A stretch of DNA of 63,365 nt, filler included, from Lenisia limosa (Eukaryota; Protista; Breviatea): the NCBI GenBank assembly GCA_001655205.1. It is 12 parts of 12 records of this genome, joined end to end, with 100 filler letters (N's around TTAATTAATTAA, not from the genome) between each part and the next. Parts side by side here need not be neighbours in the genome. Positions count along the whole stretch, not along the records: positions 13,583 to 18,447 come from LPNZ01009838.1; positions 18,548 to 20,131 come from LPNZ01001217.1; positions 20,232 to 38,291 come from LPNZ01007073.1; 9 more parts are not named here. One strand, 5' to 3'. Shown one piece after another: positions 13,760 through 25,100 of this stretch. Positions within the stretch are counted from its first letter, which is position 1. Each line of letters opens with the position of its first letter. Under the pieces are notes generated by a model. It ran no database searches. It was not told the DNA's origin and was given only the letters and a program-made list of their open reading frames with translations. Position numbers and translations under genes: made by a program.

Positions 13760-14690
13760 CGAAGCCACCCAGGTAGGCCTAATATTATCGTAAATATTGA
13801 TAACGTCCTCAAAGGAGAACAGATTATAAGTGGCTCAATAGTAGGACAAGTCAGGTGGAGAGATCCCCTAGTCTATGAGGCCGGTGAGGTTGCTTAGAAG
13901 AAGCGTCCTCAGTTTTGTTCGATGGGGTGTAACCCACTTCAGTTGTGGAAGCAGATGTTTGTGATAATTGCAGATATTGGGTAGATAGGGTCAATATCAT
14001 CAGATGTTGGGATAGTGTGTTTATGGAAGCTATAATGGGTCAATCAAGAGAATATCATCAATAAACCTTATGGCGTTGTTGAAGGTGATATCACTGTGTC
14101 ATCCTGGTGACTCGAGACAAAGTCCCTTTCGTGGCGATACAGCCCAAGGTTAGCGAGCAGAGGAGCTGCATTGGTACCATGGGTAGGCCGACCGTTTGAT
14201 GAATGGTGAGATCACCATTATGAACATAAGTATTAGAAACAACCCAGTGAAGAAGATCATAGATATCAGATTGGTTCCATGTTGGCGTTGAACGAATACA
14301 GATTTGAGACATTATATCAGATGGTATCCCGTTCAGAAATATGAGTGAAGGCTTCGTCAATATCATTTATGTGGTCAGACTGTATGAACTTGGAATAGAG
14401 TGTTGAGATATCATATGTATACAGCGAATGGACAGTTCCAATATGATTAATTCGTTGTGCAGCCTGCTCAGCATGGGTTATAGTATGACGGCGTTGGCCA
14501 GATGAAGCGTTAACATGGAGCATAAAAGCTTAGAAGGTACGGAAGCGATTACATCTTTACCGCCAGCAATGAATCTGAAGCTTATTGGGGATTTATGCAT
14601 TTTAGGGAGTGCGTAGTGGTAAGGAAGGGTACCGTCAGTTAGGTTACCCCACTTTCCTCCCACTATTGCGAAATTGCGTTCAATATTAGC
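13760..14690 (-). mobile_element. Decayed Penelope-like retroelement reverse transcriptase (frameshifts and stops)
   Basis: Motifs in shifting frames: YALPKMHKSPISFRFIAG, TYDISTLYSKF, HQTVGLPM(G)TNAAPLLANLGLY, and the catalytic IRFIDDILL. No introns. Confidence 0.8.
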
Positions 14691-14827
14691 AAGCGGCTCG
14701 GCTGTGATACATAGTTATATTTGTCTCTCACATCAAGTACCTGCATATACATGTATACGCCTGGGATATATTTTTTTTATATGTATTTTCTTACTATCAT
14801 CAAAGCTGATCTTCACAGCAAACGCCC

Positions 14828-15781
14828 ATGAACCCAGATCTTGAGATCGTGCAAGAATACCGACAGAGGGAGGTTGAACTCTTTAGTCCGGAGCCGCATT
14901 CAAAAAATCCATTCAGGTGGGGACTTTTTTTTCTGTGGTTAATAATACCCGGTGTCTAGTTCAGTATTTATTGAATAAATGGGAGATAGGACATGTTTTG
15001 GTTCTTTGAAAGCAATTTCAGATCCTACAAATGGAATACCTGCCCAGGAGAGATCAGAAGGTTTAGATTAATTCTGTGTAATAGCCTTGTTTTTATTATT
15101 TTTACCTCCTTCTTACCATCCAGATTTCTCCCAGTTTGCAGCACTGATATCGAGATTGTTGAGGTTGGTAACGCTGAAAATTACATCCATACCCTATTAT
15201 CCTTTGTCATACATTCCCATCAATCTCCCGTCTCATTCAATCCCCCCTCCCCCCATTCCCAATCCTTTGTCATTAGGGCTTTCCTACGGGCCCAAAACCG
15301 AATCTCTCAATAAATCCTCTATAAATATCGATATTTAAACGGTCTTTTTCGGATCGTAGGGAAGCCCTAGTTGTCATCCATTCCCCGTCCCTCCCAATTC
15401 CCCGTTGTTTGATTGCTCAGTCTGGCCTGGAAGACTTGGAAGAGTTTGACCCGATCCGATTCCAAATGTGGAGTGCCGTAAGGGGGGAAATGTTTTTATA
15501 TGCATATGACATCATATGATATGATGTAGTATATTACATGTAGGGCTTCCCTACTGTCCCAAAAAGTCGATAAATCCTCGATAAATATCGATATTTTAAC
15601 GGTCTTTTTCGGACCGTAGGGAAGCCCTCATTACATGTAAGCCTACCTCATTCTGAATTCTGCAATCAGCACACTCTCATTTATCCAGGATCTCATGCAG
15701 CGGGTAAAAGAACGCAAAAAGTACGCCTCGCAGAAGCAAGAAATCCAGCGCCATCTTGCGTCGTCGTCAGCGCTTGATTGA
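14828..15781 (+). CDS. Small hypothetical protein, 5 exons (~105 aa)
   Basis: Phase-consistent exons MNPDLEIVQEYRQREVELFSPEPHSKNPFR|SYKWNTCPGEIR|RFLPVCSTDIEIVE|SGLEDLEEFDPIRFQMWSA|DLMQRVKERKKYASQKQEIQRHLASSSALD*. Two introns carry MITE-B copies. Confidence 0.6.
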
Positions 15782-17409
15782 GTTGACGTGTCAAGGAAGT
15801 AAAAAGGGAAATCTATGCGGTTGGGAACTAAAGGAGCAGATGTTGCGGATGATTTGAGAGAATTGAGCTCCCGCTGTTCGGTCTTCCAACCATGTATGCT
15901 GGGAGGCACGCAGAAAGAGTTGTTTGGGAAGCTGTCCAGATGGGTCTGTTATAAACTCTTGAGCATTTCCTTCTTAGCTAATGCTTCTTTCTTCATTTCT
16001 CATTTTTACATGCAGCTTCGGCCAGATGCCTTATTTCTCATTTTTCCAGAGTTTTGAATGTAGTTAGCGGGTGACATATCTCGGACCATTTTAAGAGGTA
16101 ANNNNNNNNNNNNNNNNNNNNNNNNNNNNNNNNNNNNNNNNNNNNNNNNNNNNNNNNNNNNNNNNNNNNNNNNNNNNNNNNNNNNNNNNNNNNNNNNNCA
16201 GAAATGAACTCACCTTTAAGGCCCTCAATCAATCGAGCCGATGGGAATGCTTCGGGTGCTTCAGTTTTTAATCGTGTAGTTTGTAATGTAGAGTAGTGTA
16301 CAATTCTATTATATTGGGAGATAATGGCAGGACGGCTTCAGCCAGACTTGTTGAATTTCTCATCTCGATGCCAAGATTAAGTGAACTATAAAAATGGTGA
16401 CTCAGAAACAAAAAAAGTGGTTACTCAGCCATTTATATTTTATTTCGACACATTCNNNNNNNNNNNNNNNNNNNNNNNNNNNNNNNNNNNNNNNNNNNNN
16501 NNNNNNNNNNNNNNNNNNNNNNNNNNNNNNNNNNNNNNNNNNNNNNNNNNNNNNNNNNNNNNNNNNNNNNNNNNNNNNNNNNNNNNNNNNNNNNNNNNNN
16601 NNNNNNNNNNNNNNNNNNNNNNNNNNNNNNNNNNNCTAGATGTCGTTAAGAGACGGGTCAAACGCTGCCGTTTCAGCTGATACCTTTTGTGTAAAACAAA
16701 TAACATAATAATAAAGAAGAAGATCCATGTGATAATAACTCTATTGTTCTGCCCTCCTTCGGGTTTCAATTCGGTTCGAAAAAAGACTGAATTTCTCGAT
16801 AAATCCTCGAAAGCTCTTCTTTCGAACCGAAGTGAAGCCCCCCCCCCCACCGATTGGCCAGTGTTCGGAAGCTCCAAGGNNNNNNNNNNNNNNNNNNNNN
16901 NNNNNNNNNNNNNNNNNNNNNNNNNNNNNNNNNNNNNNNNNNNNNNNNNNNNNNNNNNNNNNNNNNNNNNNNNNNNNNNNNNNNNNNNNNNNNNNNNNNN
17001 NNNNNNNNNNNNNNNNNNNNNNNNNNNNNNNNNNNNNNNNNNNNNNNNNNNNNNNNNNNNNNNNNNNNNNNNNNNNNNNNNNNNNNNNNNNNNNNNNNNN
17101 NNNNNNNNNNNNNNNNNNNNNNNNNNNNNNNNNNNNNNNNNNNNNNNNNNNNNNNNNNNNNNNNNNNNNNNNTCTGACAACGTTGAATAAGGAAGGTCAT
17201 GATCAGGGCTTCACTTCGGTTCAGGAAAATATCGATAGTTTTTGAGGAGAAATTCAGTTTTTTTTTGGAACCGATGTGAAGCCGAAGTCGTGATGCTTCT
17301 CAGGCAAAACTAGGAAAGGCAGATTGCTAGCCCAGAAAATAATACAACTTGTTTAATGGGTTATTAACACAACGTATCCCCTATTTCCCGCCATAAAACT
17401 TGTCATTTT

Positions 17410-18447
17410 CACCCCCCCCCCACTGCTGTCAAGAGAGGGAATCGTCATGTCAATTCCGGCATCCATAGGAGGCATGGCCATGTGGTCCATGGGGGGCATG
17501 GAGGCACCCGGGTGCATCGGGGGGACTCCCATGGGCGGCATCATTGGCATCCCTGGAATATTATTATTTGAAGAACACGAATATGATTAAAAATACTCTG
17601 GGATAATATATGATATACTATGTGTCATATCATACAATAAAAAGACTCCCCTTTTGTTTTTGTAATTTGTTTATCTAAAAAGAAAAGTGGGGGTGGTGAA
17701 AACGAACCCGTCATAGGGTCAATCATTGGGGGTGGCATGCCAAGGGCTGGGTCGAATCCTGCAGAATAAAGCAGGGTAAGGATTGTTTACAAATCGGTGT
17801 AATTCGTGTTTGTTGGAAATCCCTCCATCATACATTCATCTTTGACCCCTACTCATACATGTAATATGTATGATATAGAGGATGAATTGCACAGAGCTTC
17901 ATTTCGTTCCCATAAAGGAAGAAGTACACCGACAAATATTTGGAAAAATACTGGATGCTTTCGTGGTTGACAGTATTAGTGCCAATGGATCCCCTTTGTG
18001 TATGCAGTATTGTATGCCCTGAACCCTCCCTACCCATAGGCTGCAGCATAGGGTTCACACCTGAACAAATGAGATAATTCAAAAAGGCACTTAGGGCTTC
18101 ACCGGTCCGAAAAAGATCAGTAAAATATCGAAAGATATCGATGATTTATCAAGAAATTCAGTACTGTTCAGGAATGGAGTGAAGCGGCACAATAAGTGTG
18201 TGCCTTGTATTTGAAATCCAGTCCTTTATCCATTCACTGGTTTTTCCTATGACCCTGGCACCCATATCACATTCTCACCATTATCAATATAATCTGGAAA
18301 TCAAAAACTATGAAATATTACGTATACATATACTGGTATATGATAAAAAACATACCATGGTATATGTGTATGTATGTGTATCTATCATTCATATACTTTG
18401 TATAATTTTCTCACCTGGAGGGGGCATCATTGGCATACCACCGGGGC
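17410..18447 (-). CDS. Internal exons of a Pro/Met/Gly-rich low-complexity protein
   Basis: Exons PGGMPMMPPPG|VNPMLQPMG|FDPALGMPPPMIDPMTG|MPMMPPMGVPPMHPGASMPPMDHMAMPP, bounded by GT/AG; both ends fall in gaps. Confidence 0.6.
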
Positions 18448-18547
18448 NNNNNNNNNNNNNNNNNNNNNNNNNNNNNNNNNNNNNNNNNNNNTTAATTAAT
18501 TAANNNNNNNNNNNNNNNNNNNNNNNNNNNNNNNNNNNNNNNNNNNN

Positions 18548-18974
18548 AGCCCCGAAGCACCTCTTGGAACCCGGGCTTTCCCCGCAGGTGCTCGACTCCT
18601 TGACGAACCAATTACTCTCAAGACCTTTACTGACCTCAAGCTCAAGATGAACGCTGTGGGTGAGATAATAGGAAATTCAATTGTGTGATTGGTACCCTGG
18701 CTTCTTGAAAATGAAGCTGGTTTGTGATACATTTTGAATTGAATGGCATGTTTTTTAATTCCCATGAGGTAACCTGTTTCAAATATCCTTCCGACAAATC
18801 ACTGAATGAACCCTGCTATTACTCATTGCTGTTTATTTCTCTTCCTGTTTCAATAGAAATTCTTGAAAATGCTCATTTTATCAGGGCAAACTTGTCTACA
18901 AGGATGAGGAGATTGTTGCAGAAGGCGCCTCTTTCTCAGCGGATAAGGGAATTGAGAAGGGCAACGTGAAGTAG
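18548..18974 (+). CDS. 3' fragment of a hypothetical gene
   Basis: Exon PEAPLGTRAFPAGARLLDEPITLKTFTDLKLKMNAV with a GTGAGA donor; the frame of the terminal exon is ambiguous. Confidence 0.35.
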
Positions 18975-19378
18975 AGTGGAATTGTTATGTGTGTGCATAT
19001 CATTTATTGTTTTAGTCTATTCCAGAACCCATCGCTACTCTCATTTTTATATTATTTCTGCATTATATTTATAATTCTTGAATGTTGACGATTGAATTTT
19101 CCCTATTTGATCGAGTGAATCAATGTTTACACCGTAATAATGCCGTAAAAAGTCGCTTAAGAGCATTCAATGAAGCAACCGTTTCGGATGGAGTTGATGA
19201 CAAACTTATTCCACGTCCTGTCTTTGGTCATTACAACCGCATTGCCAGTCAACAAGCATCATCCAATCGAAAATTTCCAAATGAAATCTTGCTCCATATT
19301 CACGCTCACCACAATAAGTGCGTCTTTGGCTCGTGATATGGTCACATTTGTCAAATGCTCTAATCGGTGAGACCCTGC

Positions 19379-19470
19379 TAATTGTCGGATTGTTCACTGC
19401 CCGTGTGGAATATGAGGTATAGGATATGATATGTCATATTACACACGGGCAGTGAACAATCCAACAATTA
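19379..19470. mobile_element. Single TA-flanked inverted-repeat element (MITE family E)
   Basis: 31-bp arms ATTGTCGGATTGTTCACTGCCCGTGTGGAAT and their reverse complement with 2 mismatches; TA on both sides. Confidence 0.7.
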
Positions 19471-20543
19471 TCAATTCCGACCGTCACTTGTGAACCCAAG
19501 GTCACTGCCGTCTGAGCGGACCAATGAGGTGATGACAAAACGACTTTCACTGCCCTGGGCCGTGTGTACGGTTCCAGTGGACCTGCACTGATGATACAGC
19601 AAATCAAATTACAACAAATCTGGTATCTACTTCATCATAATTATTCATATTTGTATTCCCTGTCCCCTATTATAGCATATTGTGTTCAAAGTGTTACACT
19701 GAAATGGTGGGCATTACTATCAATTTGAACTCACTTTTGCAATCAGCACCTGCATTTTATTTGTAATCTAATTTGACATTGAGAATGAATCAAAAAGTTG
19801 TAAGCAATTCAAAATTGACAATACAAACTCGAATTTAGCCGAAAACAGATTATACTTTATCGTCTAGAGTAAACTGAAGACAAATTCCCCCAAACATTCT
19901 TTGTGGCAAGTTTTTCAGCACTATCCACGAACATGGACTTGCAGCCACCCAACTGTTTCACTGACAAAACCCTACAATTTGGTTTTAATGATACAATCTG
20001 AAAACTGCAAAACACGATTCGAATAAGAGCCTCATTTAAATACAAAGAGATCACACTTACGCATTGTTTGCTTTGCTACATGGATGTAAGAGCAGATTGC
20101 CGTTGTAGAATCTTTGTGAAACGAATGTGCANNNNNNNNNNNNNNNNNNNNNNNNNNNNNNNNNNNNNNNNNNNNTTAATTAATTAANNNNNNNNNNNNN
20201 NNNNNNNNNNNNNNNNNNNNNNNNNNNNNNNCTTGTACATTGACTCGGGATTCCCTAGTATTATTTGGGAATCCCAAAAATTACTTTCAAATTTCCATAC
20301 AATTCCATGAGATTCCCATGTAAAATATGGGAATTCCAACGTTTTCACAAGAATCCCAAGTCGATGCGCCGCCGTAGTGTATGACTCCGTGGAATTATTT
20401 GAAAAATTACTTGTAAATATGAAGTGCCATATATTGTAATAGAAACTCGATTTCAGACACTTTAATTTCAAAATTTTTCGTTAAATTCTTCCAAAATATT
20501 AATTAACCTCTTGTCAACCATTATTTACCATATCACTCCGCAG

Positions 20544-21934
20544 CTTGCCCCAGGCGTTTGCGGCTGTTATACGCCTGAAACTGGCGATACTGACGGCGAC
20601 GGCGCAATGGACTGTGTTGATGATGTGAGTTCGATCCTGGTTATTATTATTTTTTATTTCTTAATGTTATTATTTTCAATCTCACCCCTCCAGTGCCCCC
20701 TGAACCCCGCCAAGACCACTGCAGACATCTGTGGATGTGACTCCCATCTCACTGAGAATGTGGATAGTGATTCTGATGGAACATCCGATTGCATTGACCC
20801 TTGTCCTTTCTCCTGGATCAGCCCTGCGCTTGGAGGTGGGATTGGAAAGTTTCTATCTAGTTTTTCCTTAAATTTACAATTAATACTAATGGCTCATCTA
20901 AAAAGGGGGTGGCAGCGAAGTGATAAAAGTGGTATTTTTATGAACAAAAAAAAAAGTTTATTTGTGTCACAACAGACATTTTTCTCAACCCCATTTTTTG
21001 ACAAGCCATACTAATAGTATACTATCTACGAACCATTAACATGTAGAACCACATACTATATGATATATCACACCATCCATATCTCTGTGGTTTTCGATTT
21101 GTGATTTTTGAAAATGCTACTTTTGCGTTAATATCATTATAAACTGTTCCTCAATAGTCACTCTTCTCTGTTCCAGTTAACACCGCCAGATCCAGTCCTC
21201 TCCCTGCCCTCACAAACTTTCGTATGGGCGCCTGCAGTGGAATGTACACCTCGAACCGACTTGGCCCCACTTCTCGAGGTTGGGGGGCGTCTGTTGGGCG
21301 GTACATCAAATACTATGAGGAATAACATGTAACTCTGAGTGCATATAAATGGAAACTCGTCGTGAGGGCAGTACAGGGGTTTTGGGGACCGCGTCTCCTC
21401 TTGGGCGGTTGCGCTGTACATCAAATATTATTTATTTCCACAAGTAAATTTCAGTGCATTAAATGGAACCTCGTTGTGTGGGTATTTTAGTTAAGGGTGA
21501 TTTGAATNNNNNNNNNNNNNNNNNNNNNNNNNNNNNNNNNNNNNNNNNNNNNNNNNNNNNNNNNNNNNNNNNNNNNNNNNNNNNNNNACTGTCGTGTTTT
21601 ACTGTTTTTTCACTATGTAGACTGTGTCTATCTGTGACACGAGCAGCAGTGCTACTATTGACCCTGCCTTCCCAAGGTCTGTATCACCATGTATCATGAA
21701 TTTAGCACTTATTGTGGATTGTGAATTTATCAATATTTGTGGTGAATTGATTGATTTATATCGTTAATTTGCCGATATTTACCAATACCTATCTAGAAAT
21801 AACCGAAAATCATGAACAACTATCTTGTCATAAAGCCAACGTATTTCAACTCACTCCCTTTGATGTGACTGTAACGTCCTAGGCTAACTTCCCTTGACGG
21901 TGCTAGTAAATGTGTCGTCTTGGTACGAGTAAAG
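20544..21934 (+). CDS. Exons of a protein with thrombospondin type-3-like Ca-binding repeats (DxDGDGxxDCxDxCP with xCGC linkers)
   Basis: Exons 20544-20624 and 20694-20835 give LAPGVCGCYTPETGDTDGDGAMDCVDD|CPLNPAKTTADICGCDSHLTENVDSDSDGTSDCIDPCP. Downstream exons are less certain. Confidence 0.7.
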
Positions 21935-22157
21935 GTGGGGGGGGGGGCTGTGTTATTTTTACCAACTACATTTTTAGCTTCAAATTTTCTCTATAAATAT
22001 AAATAGCACCTATGATCAAAACTAAAGCTCAAGTATAAAATAAAACTGAAACTCTTCTATTTGGGGGAACCGGGTATTTTTTTATCACTCCATTAAGGCC
22101 GAGTCCCTGGCAACTCTCCGTCGCACCCTGCTTCTCACAGATGACGTCACTGCGGAT

Positions 22158-25100
22158 ATGTCCCTTAACATCTTTTCGCCTCCCGAGGCAACGGTTTGTG
22201 GTTTTTCGAGTTAAAAATCTGGGGATGAAGGTACATGGGTTGTTTCATTTATTATGTTTCCGTTTATACTTCCCCGGCCTTTATGCAGCTGAGGGAGGAG
22301 GAAGGTGTGACTGATAATATTTCTTTCTTTTGCAATTTTCGTTCACGTATAAAAACCTCCATGGAGACGGAGCGGCTAAAACATATCAGTTGACGAAGAA
22401 CAAATACCATCATCAGCTCTCTTGAGAGAATGACAGAAATCAGGATACTGGCTTACTGGTTTCAGACGCGGATGCTGCGGAAATTGTAACCCCCGACAAA
22501 CTAAAGGAGGCTGGAGAACAAGACCAAGGTCTGTGAGTCGAGTGGAGGGGGTTTGGTGGACTAAAGTGTCTCCTGTTTGTTGTTACTAGGTCTAATTAGG
22601 GCTCCACTTCGGTTCGAAAAAAATCGGTAAAATATTGATAATTTTCGAAGACTTATCGAGAAATTCAGTCTTTTTTTGAACCGAAGTGAAGCCCTAGATC
22701 TAATGAAGTCGTCTGATATGAGTTTTGGTCAAGATACCTATACCATTCAACGTGATCTCACCACCCTGATTCTCAGTTAATTTGTTTACTTTTGTAGGAC
22801 CGCCTAGTGTCGCAACGCTGGTGTTCTTTTGCTCAATTCGAGCTTTGGAGATCGGCCCACTTTCAATGATTGACAATAATGAGATCATTCAGAGGGAGTT
22901 CCAGAGAGTCAACAACGAAGTGGTAAAGGGGGTTACAGATGATGTTAAAGCGACTTCGCAATAGACAACTATGTACTGGATACTTGTAACGTACTACATA
23001 TACATAGAATAACATACATGTATTATATTATATTATATATCAGACAATTAACGATTCTACTCCACTTCTCAACCCGTTCAGAAGAAACTTGAGGCAGCCA
23101 TCAGACAGACAGGCAACCGGATGGGGCGTGAAGCGTTTGGTCAGGGGTTTTGTTAGTTATGGTACTTCTCCATTATGAAATCATCAATAACAAAGGAATT
23201 TCAAAGCATGTTCAGTTTTACCTTTTAGAACTGAAACAAAAACTACAAATGAAACAACGGCTGGTATGTTCAAAACCCTTCCCCTTATTTATTTGATAAA
23301 ATATAGAGTTATTGGGATGTCTTGACCAATTTTCCTCTGGAAATCATACAGCAAATCGACTTATCCCGTTCACTCTATATATGAAAGGGTTTTGCACATG
23401 TATTATTGATTGTTTTTTAGAGTCTACAGCTGATCCAGACCCCCATGTTCATGAATGTTCCGGAAATCAAGCATCGAGTTAGCTCATACCTCTCACTCTC
23501 GACCAAGGTCTTCAATAGGCTGGTTTGTTGGGGACAAATGGACACTGTGCAAAGAATGGTAATTTTCACTCATTATTATGCTTGGGTATGGGGTGTGTTT
23601 TTGCGGAATATGCTGTGTATATAATATGTGTTGTGTGTACATTCACTACGTTTGCGTGATCGAGCGGTCAAAGGCAGGCTCGGGCTTGTTTCGGTTTTTG
23701 TGTTTTTGTCATCTGGTTTTGGTTACTCGTGTTTGTTATTGCTTTTTTATTTTGTTTTTTGGAGTTTCAGATTATTCGGTTCGTGATTAGTACCTTTATG
23801 CCAATATATTCATCAAAATTTCCTTCGTTTTACACTCNNNNNNNNNNNNNNNNNNNNNNNNNNNNNNNNNNNNNNNNNNNNNNNNNNNNNNNNNNNNNNN
23901 NNNNNNNNNNNNNNNNNNNNNNNNNNNNNNNNNNNNNNNTGGGCCGGCCTGCCGGAAACAGCAGCTTCCAATGTGTTTGACCTTTGCTCCGAGCTGCTCC
24001 ATCACATCAACTCCTCTGTGGGCATATCAGAGTACACTTACTTGACACACTTTAAATGTGAATGATTTACCATCTTTTTTTGGACTTCTTCTTTTGGCTC
24101 ACCAATTAGGATCTTGATGCCCCAATGCTCCGGGAGTGTGTCAAGTTCTGTGTGTACATCCTCGGCTCCCCACGATACGCTACAAACCCCTATACAAGGA
24201 GCAAGGCCGTTACTGTCATTCATAGTGAGCTATCAGTCAACAGTGGTTGAGAACGGATCGTCTCAAGGGGCCGCAGATCTGGATATTTTGAAGATCCGTG
24301 GATCTCTCGAAGATCTCCTACGAATATTTTTTCCCTCTCCAAAAGCGTCAAAAATGTTGCTATTAAAGACAATATAATGTTTTTGACATTGATAATCAGA
24401 TACACGGGCCAGATTTCTGACAGATCTACAAAAACAATATCTCCCAAAAGAAATCATCAAAATTCACAAATCTGCGGTCCCCGGGATCGTCTTAAATTAT
24501 ATCATCAGAATGTGCTGTGATCCAATTGTATCCTTAATTCATTAGATAACGCTCACATTACAGGCCTGTTAAACTCCAATCGCGTTGACAGCAATACGGT
24601 CATGACGTACATCTCAGACAGTCTCACTCTTCCCCACCTTGCTCCGTCACTTATGAGAATGTAGGTGTTCATTTCTCCAGGAAGCTGTATTCCAAACACC
24701 CATCTCCGTTCTGACTGTTCAGGTCCGTCGATATCGGTCACACTGGGAGCCATACGCAGTCCTATGACAAGTTCAAGCCAAGATACGAGGCTCAGGTCTG
24801 TGATGGACTTCTCTCGAATATGCCAAAATTATTGTTCTTATCATTAATAGTGTTATTGCGGTATGGATGTGGGGTTTTATTGTTACATTGATTGTTTTAG
24901 GCTATTTTCCTCAGCATATGGGACGACCCCGACCACCTGACTGTTATCCGAAATAACTCGTCATGTGACCTCTTCTTCAAATGGCTCGATTCTGTTGGGG
25001 GGGGGGGTGAATTGATCTCGAATATTACTACAGAATTTCCTGAGAGGTGTGCTCCGTGCTTCCACCTTTACTTTGGTAGATATTCAGTGACGCGACCGAA

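Noticed and set aside
13760-14690. Hammerhead ribozyme in the Penelope-like element or in family D
   Set aside because: The CTGATGA near 13995 (minus strand) lies within RT coding sequence with no matching GAAA or stems, and family D lacks the core.
19529-19591. Possible C/D snoRNA (GTGATGA...CTGA)
   Set aside because: I found no terminal stem, no clear C'/D' boxes and no recognisable rRNA guide, so a chance match is likely.
22361-22430. In-frame TGA suggesting an alternative genetic code or readthrough (also at ~2143)
   Set aside because: Both stops fall inside introns once nearby AG acceptors are used. Long exons use TGG for Trp and genes end in TAA, TAG or TGA.
22590-22599. MITE-A end supplying a TAG stop codon to the upstream exon chain
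   Set aside because: The TAG would remain after removing the element, and a downstream acceptor at ~22722 places the MITE inside an intron.
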